A program made the translations under genes and the position numbers. The notes below the pieces were generated by a model. The model was not told the DNA's origin. It was given only the letters and a program-made list of their open reading frames with translations, and ran no database searches. Source: Candidatus Aegiribacteria sp. (GTDB lineage: Bacteria > Fermentibacterota > Fermentibacteria > Fermentibacterales > JCC-6). From it: 64,000 bases of DNA. The stretch lies in NCBI GenBank assembly GCA_030613065.1, contig JAUWMQ010000003.1, positions 499 to 64,498 of the forward strand, written 5' to 3'. This document shows positions 44,386 through 53,857 of this stretch, in pieces. Every line of letters begins with the position of its first letter. The first letter of the stretch is position 1.

Positions 44386-45705
44386 ATGACACTCAGCAGA
44401 CAACCTCTTAAAGGCATGAGGCAGCTTGCACCCGGCAAAAAGAGGATTGAGGACTACATTATCAAACGATTGCGAGAAGCGGGGGTTGCATACGGCTTCG
44501 AGGAATACGAGACTCCCGTTCTTGAGCCTCTTGAGCTGTTCCTGGCAAAATCCGGTAACGAACTCGCTGTTGATCAGAGTTACAATTTTACTGACAAGGG
44601 CGGCAGGCAGCTTATTATGAGGCCGGAACTCACACCTTCACTTGCAAGGATGGTAGCTTCTTCAGGGGAGCTTATTTACCCTGTGAAGTGGATGTCATTT
44701 CCTGTCTGCTACAGGTACGAGAGACCGCAGCGAGGAAGGGTCCGGGAATTCATGCAGTTCAACCTGGATATTCTGGGAGTTGATGGGCTTGAAGCCGAAC
44801 TTGAAGTGTTTCTTGTGCTTAGAAGAATAGTGAACAGCTTTAATGCCAGCCCCGGTCAGTACATTATCAGATACTCCAGTAGAAGACTCGCTTCAGAAAT
44901 CCTGGAGAATTGCGGTATGACGGAAGAGGAAATGACTCAAGCCTTTGCTGTGATTGACAAGAAGGATAAGATAGAGCCTGATGAATGGGTCGAATTGGTC
45001 AGGAAAACGATTTGGGATAAACATAACGCGGATAAGATCATCAGCTTCGCATCGTGCAGCGATCTGGATGCGCCATGGCTTGCGGAAGTTGCTGGAGACA
45101 GCAAAGCCTATAGCGAGATACTAAGATTCAGCGAAATGCTGAAGGATGCCGGTATTTCGGAAGCACAATTCGAGGCATCTGTTGTGCGGGGTCTTGATTA
45201 CTACACTGGAATAGTCTTCGAGGTTATGGACACCGGAGGTAAAAACCGGAGGGCTATCTGCGGAGGAGGAAGGTACGATAATCTGGTAAGTATGTTTGGC
45301 GGACAGAGGGTATCCGGAGTCGGGTTCGGACTTGGGCTGCTTACGCTGCAACTGTTCCTGGAAACCTACGAACTGATACCTTTCGGCATTTCCGGGAAAC
45401 ATCCTGCAGATATCTTTCTCGCTGTATACTCCGATGAAGAGAGACTCTTCGCAGTAAACCTTGCGGAAAAGCTGCGTGACTTCGGTGTCGCTGTTGAAAT
45501 TGATATCACCGGTAAAAACCTTTCAAAGCAGGTCAGGATCGCTGATAAAAAATCAATCGGATACATTGCAGTTATCGGTCCTGAGGAAGTCGCTTCAGGA
45601 AGAATCACGCTCAAGAACATGACATCGGGCACTGAAACTGAATGTGAAGTATCAGAGATTCCGCTGATCCTGGAAGACAGGACGCTGAGCGGGGAGGCGA
45701 ATTGA
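44386..45705 (+). CDS. hisS: Histidine--tRNA ligase
   Basis: 'LKGMRQLAPG', 'MRPELTPSLARM', 'RGLDYYTG', 'GGGRYDNL'. ATG 44386 has an AGAGGAG Shine-Dalgarno. The ORF-track start at 44122 overlaps the DOMON gene on the opposite strand. Confidence 0.95.
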   Translation: MTLSRQPLKGMRQLAPGKKRIEDYIIKRLREAGVAYGFEEYETPVLEPLELFLAKSGNELAVDQSYNFTDKGGRQLIMRPELTPSLARMVASSGELIYPVKWMSFPVCYRYERPQRGRVREFMQFNLDILGVDGLEAELEVFLVLRRIVNSFNASPGQYIIRYSSRRLASEILENCGMTEEEMTQAFAVIDKKDKIEPDEWVELVRKTIWDKHNADKIISFASCSDLDAPWLAEVAGDSKAYSEILRFSEMLKDAGISEAQFEASVVRGLDYYTGIVFEVMDTGGKNRRAICGGGRYDNLVSMFGGQRVSGVGFGLGLLTLQLFLETYELIPFGISGKHPADIFLAVYSDEERLFAVNLAEKLRDFGVAVEIDITGKNLSKQVRIADKKSIGYIAVIGPEEVASGRITLKNMTSGTETECEVSEIPLILEDRTLSGEAN

Positions 45706-48038
45706 CCGGATTTAGAAGGCGATTTCCTGGCAGGATACTCTTCGTTATTGTTACATTACTCCTGTTTGTCCCACTGTTTTTTCTGCGTGGTTCTCACGGA
45801 AGGCTGAGCATTCCGGAAGTATCCGCCTGCCTGGGTGCAGTATTCCTCTATCTGATATTCGTCCGACTTATATCCAGGCTTCATCTTACAAGCGTACTCA
45901 TATCGCTCGTCATATTCTCACTGATAGTCTTCAGCCTTGCGGTTTTTCTGCAGCCTTCAGCCAGCGAAGAACAGACCGCGCCACATGAAGTCATTCAACC
46001 GGATGGCTATTTAGCGAAGAAATTACTCTCACATTCTGGTGACACTTTGGAAGCTTCAGGTTTGAGTGGTATTCAGAATGAAATTAACAGCCTTGCCTCT
46101 TCGGGGGGCGATGCTATCAGGAATATTGCTCTTTTCGACGGTTCCGGAACTGTGGGAATGACCCTCGGAGCGTTGGGAGAGGTAACTTCAGCTACTGCTG
46201 AAATATTTATCAGAGCCGTTTACGCAGGTTCGAATGTTGCGCAGGAGGATTCCATCATCCTGTCTGAAGGAACGCTGAGAGAGTCGGAGCATCCGCTTAA
46301 GATACTTGCCCTTATCGCTGCAGTTGTTTTTTCGATAGCTATAGTTGCTTCTTTAAGATATCTGGTTCTTGTCGAACGAAGAAAAGGAACACTGCTTCTT
46401 TTCCAACTGCTTGTGATTACCCTTGTCCTCAGGATACTGTACGTTTCGCTGGGTCTGGAAGATCTTTTTCGAACGGCCATATCAGGGATCAGCAATTCCG
46501 AAACTATACTCTCTATAAGTCCTTTCTACGTTCTGCTTTTTATCTTCGCGTTCATTAACTCGTTCAAAACAGACTGGGCACACTACCTTAACAGGTGGAG
46601 GAAGTACATTGCCCTTGCCGGAGCCCTGGGAATTCTCGTACTCTCACAGTCCATTCTCAGATTCTACTTCAGGGGCGGCCTGACAATATCATCCCTTGGG
46701 CTGGGAACCCTTTTAGGCTGTGTATTCACAGTCCTGCTGATCTTCAGTTCAGTGACTTTTCTTAAGATCCTCTTCCTTCTGCCATCCGCAAGACTTGTGG
46801 ACAGGAAACTCAATCAGCTTAGAATAATGGATGGACTCGGGCAGTCCATCTACTCAACCTTTGATGAAGGCAAGATCGTACACTCATCCGTAGCTCTCGG
46901 CAGAAGAATTTCCGGAGCCGACAGATGCTGGGCCGTAAAACTGGATCAGAACGGTTTCGGCTTCTGGAAAGCCATGAGGAGAGATTCTTCTGAAGCCGCA
47001 TTTCCCTACGAATGGCACCGGGAGATTCTGAATCGACTGGAAAAGGCCGGCGGAACAGTCCTTTACAACCGATACCCGAACACTCCCCTGACAGCATTTG
47101 CGGGAAAGGACTCTCCAGTGCCGGGTTCTTTAATTGCTTCAACGCTCAAGATCAGGAAGCGGACATTCGGCATACTTTACGCTTCCACGAATCGTCAGTT
47201 CGGGTTCATGAACGAATCACAAGGCCTTGTGGAAACCTTCGCAAGACAGGTAGCCGCTGCTATAGATAATGCGAGGCTGATGGAAACGGAGCTGGAAAGA
47301 GAAAGGTACCGTGAAGAGCTGGCAATAGCCAGGTCAATCCAGGAAAGCCTGCTTCCCGGAGAGCTTCCCGAGATCGAGAATATTGATATTGCCGGGATTT
47401 CAGTGCCAAGTATGCAGGTGGGAGGGGACTATTACGATGTATTTCCAATTCCCGGCGGGTTCTACGGTATAGCAATTGCCGACGTTGCCGGAAAGGGCAC
47501 CGCGGCCGCTCTACTGATGGCTGCTCTGCAATCCGCGCTTCATGCCATAGCTCCGGGAATGAGTAATAAGGCCGGTGATACTGTGCAGAGGCTGAACAGC
47601 ATTATGAGCAGGAGAATGCCGGATGATAAATTTATAACTTTCTTCTACGGCGTTCTGGATCCCGCCAATAGAACTCTCAGCTACTGCTGCGCAGGTCATG
47701 ACCCACCTATTCTTGCCGGAAGCCATGGCATGGTAAGCAGTTTATCCGAAGGCGGTCTTGTGCTTGGCGTAAACGGCGATGCCGAATACAGGACGACCAC
47801 CATGAATTTGAATCCTGACGATCGGCTGCTGCTGTACACCGATGGTATTACCGAGAGCATGGATAAGGAGACTGGAGAGGAATTCGGCCTGGACAGGCTA
47901 ACGGACTTTCTTACAGGTCATGACAGTCTTCAGTCGCAGTCCATCCTTGAGAATCTTCTTGACAGGCTGGAGTCGTACCGGGGAGAAGTCGCCGCATTTG
48001 ATGATATGACTCTCCTTATGATAACATGTACTGGTTAG
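45702..48038 (+). CDS. Membrane-anchored GAF + PP2C (SpoIIE/RsbU-type) serine phosphatase
   Basis: About 8 N-terminal TM helices, a central GAF-like region, and a C-terminal 'GGDYYDVF...IADVAGKGTAAALLMA...LLLYTDGITE' PP2C/SpoIIE domain. Confidence 0.9.
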   Translation: MTGFRRRFPGRILFVIVTLLLFVPLFFLRGSHGRLSIPEVSACLGAVFLYLIFVRLISRLHLTSVLISLVIFSLIVFSLAVFLQPSASEEQTAPHEVIQPDGYLAKKLLSHSGDTLEASGLSGIQNEINSLASSGGDAIRNIALFDGSGTVGMTLGALGEVTSATAEIFIRAVYAGSNVAQEDSIILSEGTLRESEHPLKILALIAAVVFSIAIVASLRYLVLVERRKGTLLLFQLLVITLVLRILYVSLGLEDLFRTAISGISNSETILSISPFYVLLFIFAFINSFKTDWAHYLNRWRKYIALAGALGILVLSQSILRFYFRGGLTISSLGLGTLLGCVFTVLLIFSSVTFLKILFLLPSARLVDRKLNQLRIMDGLGQSIYSTFDEGKIVHSSVALGRRISGADRCWAVKLDQNGFGFWKAMRRDSSEAAFPYEWHREILNRLEKAGGTVLYNRYPNTPLTAFAGKDSPVPGSLIASTLKIRKRTFGILYASTNRQFGFMNESQGLVETFARQVAAAIDNARLMETELERERYREELAIARSIQESLLPGELPEIENIDIAGISVPSMQVGGDYYDVFPIPGGFYGIAIADVAGKGTAAALLMAALQSALHAIAPGMSNKAGDTVQRLNSIMSRRMPDDKFITFFYGVLDPANRTLSYCCAGHDPPILAGSHGMVSSLSEGGLVLGVNGDAEYRTTTMNLNPDDRLLLYTDGITESMDKETGEEFGLDRLTDFLTGHDSLQSQSILENLLDRLESYRGEVAAFDDMTLLMITCTG

Positions 48039-48081
48039 GACTGAAACCTTATTGAATAACAGTACTTCAGAGTGAACCAAT

Positions 48082-48785
48082 TTGAACAACGGTTCCGCAT
48101 TGCGTGGCGGAATCTCCCGTATTCTGGAATCAAAAGGTGATCCTGAATTAAAGCTTCAGCAGGTATGCGATTACCTTCATAATAATATGGAGAACTGCGA
48201 CTGGGCCGGTTATTACCTTGTGGATCCCTCCAGGTTGAGTGATGACGATAAGCTTTCCAGATTAATCCTTATCTCCCTCATTTTTATCGGTGTTGTATTC
48301 ATTGCTTCCATTGTAACCGGGCATCTTCTGATAGGTGTTCTTCTGCTTGCGGTGCCAGGAATTCTGTTTCTTATCACAGGATCACCCGTACGAGTTCTTA
48401 TGATATTATTTGCTATACAGATAGTGTTGACGCTATCGCAACTCAGTACTTTTGCGGTTGGGATAGGTATCCTCGGTCTCCGAGCAGACGATCTGCTTAC
48501 GATCCTGTTTGTATGGTTCTGGATACTTTCACTCCCCGACGGCTCTACAAAGGGAATCAGGATCGGTCTTCAGGAATATTTATAATTCTTTTTCTCCTGA
48601 TATTCGGCTTTTCAGCGTATCGTGGATTCGCTGCGGGCCATGATACCTTTTTCATAAGTTTTCAGCTGAAGACTTACGGAGCGTATTTCCTGTACTTCCT
48701 GCTTCTCTGGGTCTTCCTTCCGGCACTGCTTCAGACGGAGATAATGAGAGACGGGAGAGAGACTGTTCTTATCCCTCCTGCATAA
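48082..48785 (+). pseudogene. Chimeric remnant: ~55-aa GAF (free Met-R-sulfoxide reductase-like) N-terminal fragment fused to a frameshifted polytopic membrane-protein fragment
   Basis: 'LQQVCDYLHNNMENCDWAGYYLVDPS' matches the start of an fRMsr-type GAF domain and then switches abruptly to TM helices. The hydrophobic reading frame continues in a second frame (48513-48785). Confidence 0.4.
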
Positions 48786-48909
48786 TGAAGCGGATAACCC
48801 TTGATTCTGAACCTGTTTTTCAGTAGTTTACAACCTACCTTTTTTTGATATTCCAATGGTAACCACACCCGGGGAAAACCACCCCATATTCATCTGCATG
48901 GAGGCCTGA

Positions 48910-50106
48910 ATGAAGATACTTGTCATTAACAGCGGAAGTTCTTCCATCAAGTTCAAACTTATCGATATGCTGAACGAAACGCTGCTTGCCGAAGGATTGA
49001 TCGAGAGAATCGGCCTTTCTGAAGGACGGATCAAGTACAAATCCTGCGATAAGACAATCATTCATGAGGATCCTGTTCCCGACCACAGAAGGGGTATTAA
49101 TTTCGTTCTGGATGTCCTTACCAACTCTGAATACGGCCCTATTAGAAGCTACAATGAAATAGGGGCTGTAGGCCACAGAGTTGTACACGGTGGAGAAAAA
49201 TTCACTTCCTCGGTAGTCATAGACGAAGAAGTTATTCAGGGTATTGAGGACTGCAGTTTCATGGCGCCTCTTCACAATCCTCCCAACCTGGAGGGGATAA
49301 GGGCAGCCATGGACTTGCTGCCGGGCATTCCGAACGTGGCTGTCTTCGATACAGCGTTTCATCAGACAATGCCTCCTGTATCTTACATCTATCCACTTCC
49401 TTACAACATATTTGAAGAAAAGCGTATAAGAAGGTTCGGATTCCACGGCACCAGCCACCAGTTCGTTTCCCAGCAGGCGGCAATAATGATGGACAAGCCC
49501 ATCGAAGAGCTGTGTATCATTACATGCCATCTTGGTAATGGAAGCAGCCTGACCGCTGTCAAACACGGAAAAAGCATGGATACCAGCCTGGGCTACGGAA
49601 CAGCCTGCGGCGTAATGATGGGAACCCGCAGCGGTGACGTAGATTCAGCCGTCCTGATAGACCTTGTTCAGAACTTTGGTTACTCGATTTCTGATATAAA
49701 GGAAATGGTTTACAAGAAAAGCGGAATACTGGGTATTTCAGAAATATCCAGTGATCAGCGGGATATTGAGGATGCCGCTGAAGAAGGCAACGAGAGAGCG
49801 AAGCTTGCCCTTGACATGTTCGCTTCCAGTGTACGGAAGTACATAGGAGCCTACGCGGTCACAATGGGTGCGCTTGATGCAATTGTCTTCACCGCAGGTG
49901 TCGGTGAAAACGGCCCCCAGATGCGGGAGCGCATCTGCAGGGGTCTTGAAGTCCTGGGCGTATCTATCGATTTGGAAGCCAACGATATCAAGGGTAAACA
50001 ACGGGATATATCATCACCTGAAAGCAGGGTTAAGGTGCTTGTAATCCCCACGAACGAAGAGCTCATGATAGCAAGAGAAACCAACAGATTATCCGAAGGG
50101 AAATAG
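48910..50106 (+). CDS. ackA: Acetate kinase
   Basis: 'MKILVINSGSSSIKF', 'HRVVHGG', 'FHGTSH'. 398 aa. Confidence 0.97.
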   Translation: MKILVINSGSSSIKFKLIDMLNETLLAEGLIERIGLSEGRIKYKSCDKTIIHEDPVPDHRRGINFVLDVLTNSEYGPIRSYNEIGAVGHRVVHGGEKFTSSVVIDEEVIQGIEDCSFMAPLHNPPNLEGIRAAMDLLPGIPNVAVFDTAFHQTMPPVSYIYPLPYNIFEEKRIRRFGFHGTSHQFVSQQAAIMMDKPIEELCIITCHLGNGSSLTAVKHGKSMDTSLGYGTACGVMMGTRSGDVDSAVLIDLVQNFGYSISDIKEMVYKKSGILGISEISSDQRDIEDAAEEGNERAKLALDMFASSVRKYIGAYAVTMGALDAIVFTAGVGENGPQMRERICRGLEVLGVSIDLEANDIKGKQRDISSPESRVKVLVIPTNEELMIARETNRLSEGK

Positions 50107-50109
50107 TAT

Positions 50110-50889
50110 ATGTCATTCAATAAGCTGGCTCTATTCTTAACAATTCTGATCGTAAGTGTCTCCGCGTGTGGTGATGAAACCGCTAACACGGATGCAGATG
50201 CCGTTTCCGATGAAACTGACCTGACAATGGGAGATACAGAAACTCTTGAAACGCCTGAAATGGTTTTTGCCAGTCACATTCTTATTCCTTACCAGGGATG
50301 CCAGCAGGCTCCAGTGGAAGCCTCGTCAATGCAAGAAGCAGAGATACTTCTCACCGCAATCGCTGACAGTATTTCAAGCGGCCTGGTTACGTTCGAGGAA
50401 GCCGCCGCCAGGCATTCCTTCTGTCCTTCTTCGGCTCGTGGAGGCTCTCTTGGTGGTTTTGTCAGAGGTCAAATGGTTCCTGAATTTGATCAAGTTGCAT
50501 TCAATCTTGAACCCGGGGAAGTTTCTGACGTTTTTACGACTTCCTACGGATTCCACATCGTTCTCAGACAGGAAACGATTCAGGCCAGTCATATCCTTAT
50601 CGCATATCAGGGGGCCGAAAGAAGTGCTGCAACAAGGACCCAGGAAGAAGCGCTTGAACTTATTGAGAGCATTCAGGAAAGCATTGCGGACGGTTCTCTT
50701 ACTTTCGCCGATGCAGCGGCAGAGAATTCCGACTGTCCTTCTTCCAGCGATGGCGGAGACCTCGGACCCTTCCCCCGCAACGTAATGGCGATAGCTTTCG
50801 AGGAAGCGGCATTCGCGCTTGAACCTGGTGATATCTCGGGGATAGTTGAAACCCCATTCGGTTATCATCTTATAATGAGAACGGAATAG
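50110..50889 (+). CDS. Parvulin-type peptidyl-prolyl isomerase lipoprotein (two rotamase repeats)
   Basis: Lipobox 'IVSVSAC'. Duplicated pattern 'ASHILI.YQG...DCPSS..GG.LG.F......FE.AAF.LEPG..S..V.T..G.H.I'. Confidence 0.85.
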   Translation: MSFNKLALFLTILIVSVSACGDETANTDADAVSDETDLTMGDTETLETPEMVFASHILIPYQGCQQAPVEASSMQEAEILLTAIADSISSGLVTFEEAAARHSFCPSSARGGSLGGFVRGQMVPEFDQVAFNLEPGEVSDVFTTSYGFHIVLRQETIQASHILIAYQGAERSAATRTQEEALELIESIQESIADGSLTFADAAAENSDCPSSSDGGDLGPFPRNVMAIAFEEAAFALEPGDISGIVETPFGYHLIMRTE

Positions 50890-51010
50890 AAGCAATTCCG
50901 GTTGAAAGGGTGGCGGTATTCAGGCCGTCACCCGATCATCCCAAAGCAGCATAGCTGACAGAATACCTTCATCGCACAGGTACTCTTTTTGATCTTGATA
51001 TTTTCTGTTC

Positions 51011-52858
51011 CTAATTGCTTCTTCTTCTGTCAGCCAGGAGGAGGAGGTTCTTTAGATCGTCTTTACTGCCCGCTGCAAGCCAATTCTTGTCAAATCCAGG
51101 ATTCTGCATAATTTCAGCAATAGCTGCCAGAATCTTCAAATGCAGGATTCGCTCTCCGGATGAACCTATAAGAACAAAAAGAATATGTACAACTTCATCC
51201 TGAGGAAAAACTATTCCTGGTTTAGATCTTACTATCAGAGCTTTAACGTCTTTTACACCCTTCATGCAAATATGGGGGATTGCCATTCCTTTTCGCAGAA
51301 CAGTGCTGAATTCCTTTTCCCTCTCTACGAATTTTGTATAAATATCATGCGGCTTTGAATGAAGCTCTTCGGCCAGGAGATTCGAAATATCTTTGAAGAA
51401 ATCATCCATTTCTTCAACCTTTTCGATATCCAGGACCATGGATTCTTCAATGAGTTTATGAAATCTGTCTTTCGTAAGGTCATCTCTCTTAATAACGATA
51501 TCCCGCAGTTCTGTCAGAAGGTTATCTGAAGTAAGCTCTTTATCCCTGGAAACAAGCCTCTCCAAAACATAGATCAGGGCAGAATCATGAGTTGTTCTTT
51601 TCTGAGCATAGAACCTGTACCATAAGAATCCTGAAAAAAGAAAAATCATGGTAAGAAAAACAATGAATGTGCCCATTTCAATTAATAGAAAAAGCCCTCC
51701 TATTATCCCTAGAATCTGCATATATGGATAAAAAGGAGAATGGAATTTAGGCTTATAACTTAGAATTTTACTCTCTCTGAATAAAACCAATGTTAAATTC
51801 GCGAAAATGTAAAGTAAGATCAGGATACTTGAAGCGACCTTAACCAGTAGCTCCAGCCTTAGAAACACAATAACCGTAACCATGAACAAACCGGTTAAGA
51901 GAATGGAAACGTAAGGGGTCTGGAACTTCAGGCTTAATCTCTGAAATTTAGAAGGTAAAAGTTTATCTCTGCTCATTCCCAGTGGATATCTTGAAGCTGT
52001 CATGATCCCCGAATTGGCTGTAGAAATAAATGCCAGAAATGCCCCGATGCTTATTACTATTTTCAGGGCGTTTCCAGCAAAAACTCCTGCTCCGTCTGAT
52101 ATTGGAGTAAGACTGTTTCCTAGAATTTCAGGATTCAAGACACCTATGGTTACGAAAATAACCAGAGCATAGAAAATTGAGGTGACAATCAGGGACAGGA
52201 ACATGCCTAATGGAAGGTTTTTCCCCGGGTTCTTTGTCTCCTCAGCTAATGCAGCAACCTTTGTCAATCCACCGTAAGAGATAAATACAAAACTTGCTGT
52301 AGCGAATACAGGTCCTAATCCCCTCGAAAAAAATGGAGTGAAGTTCTGAAGATTGACTGTTCTGGAGCCCCAGAGGACATAGATCAAAAGTATTCCAAGC
52401 AGCCCAATGACTAGAAATACTTGAAATCTTCCAGCTTCCTTTACGCCCAGCAGATTCAAAGTAACAAAAAAAATGCAGCAGACAAGAGCAATGATTTCTA
52501 TCGGGATAGGGGTTATGATGCTTAAATAAGCACCCATTCCTATCAGCGCAAATGCTCCTTTCAGGCTTAATGAAAACCAGGTTGAAAACCCTGCGATGGT
52601 TCCCAGAAGAGGACCGAATCCTCTCATGATATAGAAATAATCACCACCGGCTTTTGGCATTGCGGTTGTTAATTCTGCCATGCTGAGCAGAGTTGGAATA
52701 CAGAATATCCCTGCGATCATGTAAGAGATGATTACTGCCGGACCCGCCTGAGCAAAAGCTAATCCGGGAAGAATGAACAGCCCCGAACTGATCATTGCTC
52801 CTGTTGCAACACAAAATACATCCAGGAGAGTGAGTCTTTTCTTCAGCTCGCTTTCCAT
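51011..52858 (-). CDS. APC-family amino acid permease fused to a C-terminal PTS EIIA(Ntr/Fru, type 2) domain
   Basis: 'LTLLDVFCVATGAMISSGLF' is a typical APC start, followed by 12+ TM helices. The C-terminal 'VLRKGMAIPHICMKG...ILFVLIG' has the EIIA-2 phospho-His motif. ATG 52858 has a GGAG Shine-Dalgarno. The ORF track extends to GTG 53098, which has none. Confidence 0.8.
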   Translation of the reverse strand: MESELKKRLTLLDVFCVATGAMISSGLFILPGLAFAQAGPAVIISYMIAGIFCIPTLLSMAELTTAMPKAGGDYFYIMRGFGPLLGTIAGFSTWFSLSLKGAFALIGMGAYLSIITPIPIEIIALVCCIFFVTLNLLGVKEAGRFQVFLVIGLLGILLIYVLWGSRTVNLQNFTPFFSRGLGPVFATASFVFISYGGLTKVAALAEETKNPGKNLPLGMFLSLIVTSIFYALVIFVTIGVLNPEILGNSLTPISDGAGVFAGNALKIVISIGAFLAFISTANSGIMTASRYPLGMSRDKLLPSKFQRLSLKFQTPYVSILLTGLFMVTVIVFLRLELLVKVASSILILLYIFANLTLVLFRESKILSYKPKFHSPFYPYMQILGIIGGLFLLIEMGTFIVFLTMIFLFSGFLWYRFYAQKRTTHDSALIYVLERLVSRDKELTSDNLLTELRDIVIKRDDLTKDRFHKLIEESMVLDIEKVEEMDDFFKDISNLLAEELHSKPHDIYTKFVEREKEFSTVLRKGMAIPHICMKGVKDVKALIVRSKPGIVFPQDEVVHILFVLIGSSGERILHLKILAAIAEIMQNPGFDKNWLAAGSKDDLKNLLLLADRRRSN

Positions 52859-53171
52859 CGGAATGGCTCCATTCGTTAAATTGTTATGCTGAATGTAACG
52901 AATACAGGATCGGTTAACACATTCTTTCAGATCAGGCTGATTTTCCGGTAACTCCAGTCTCAGAATAATCTGCAATAAGCTTATCTGCAATCCCTCATAA
53001 TCTTCCAGTGCTGACTCAATTTCAGCTCTTTCTAGTTTACTGAGAAGCTGGAGTATATATTTCGTAAATAAATACGCGTCTGGAGCTGTTGGGAACACAC
53101 CGGTTCAGGCACTCACACAATAGTGAAAAGAGTTGACATGACAAGATTATTTGCAATAGCAGAGGAACTCC

Positions 53172-53405
53172 GTGAGCTTCGGGGATTTCCTGGTCTCGGT
53201 TTCGCTGGATGTAACAGTCTCTGATAACCGGATTACTGATATTGTCATAGTCGAACAGAACGGCGGACCCGGCTACGAAGCTTTGGAGACGCTGGATCGT
53301 ATACTCGAAGCGCAGTCCCCCGTTGTCGATGCTGTTTCAGGGGCAACCGGCAGCAGCAGATGCATCATGATTGCCGTTTATAAAGCATTATCTGCTGAGA
53401 ACTGA
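53172..53405 (+). CDS. FMN-binding (FMN_bind) domain protein, probably 5'-truncated
   Basis: 'VDAVSGATGSSRCIMIAVYKAL' is the FMN_bind signature (the Ser/Thr in S-G-A-T is the flavinylation site). Only 77 aa, with no signal peptide or TM segment. Confidence 0.5.
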   Translation: MSFGDFLVSVSLDVTVSDNRITDIVIVEQNGGPGYEALETLDRILEAQSPVVDAVSGATGSSRCIMIAVYKALSAEN

Positions 53406-53482
53406 AAGGATCATAAAACTCGGTGTCTTGTTTGTGTTTCACCGTGGATCACTGAAATCCATTATCGAAAGCAGGAAGATAA

Positions 53483-53857
53483 ATGAGCGCAGAATACGAA
53501 AGCATGACTGAAGGCAGCCTGCTTTTCCAGGAGCAGTACGCAATGGCGCAGTCACAGAAGAACGGCTGGACGAAATCGGTCAATACCTGGAAATGCATAA
53601 CTGTAAGTCTTTCGGCCACCCACCTTCAGGTGAAACTCCACGGTCTTTTTGGCTTGATAGTCAAACCATTCAATGCTGACCTTGATCATGTGATACCTAT
53701 TACAGATATCAGATCGGCTGTGAAGAATAGAAACTTATTCGGATACAATGAAATCTCAGTCGTCTTCAGTCTTCGATCGGGAGGTGAGCGGGAACTGCTC
53801 CTCTACCTCAAGAGGGGAGATGAACTCCTCAATCTTCTTAACAGCATGATGCATTGA
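53483..53857 (+). CDS. Hypothetical protein
   Basis: 124-aa ORF with an AGGAAG Shine-Dalgarno-like sequence. No recognisable motif. Confidence 0.4.
   Translation: MSAEYESMTEGSLLFQEQYAMAQSQKNGWTKSVNTWKCITVSLSATHLQVKLHGLFGLIVKPFNADLDHVIPITDIRSAVKNRNLFGYNEISVVFSLRSGGERELLLYLKRGDELLNLLNSMMH

Noticed and set aside
48835-49566. 243-aa minus-strand ORF overlapping ackA, and the 18833-19486 ORF overlapping dxs
   Set aside because: They are antisense to genes with diagnostic motifs, with no independent support. Long antisense ORFs are expected by chance at this GC content.
50246-50785. 179-aa same-strand alternative-frame ORF inside the parvulin gene
   Set aside because: The off-frame translation is Arg/Leu/Ser/Pro-rich with no domain signature, while the annotated frame has a duplicated rotamase signature. 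I saw nothing suggesting programmed frameshifting.
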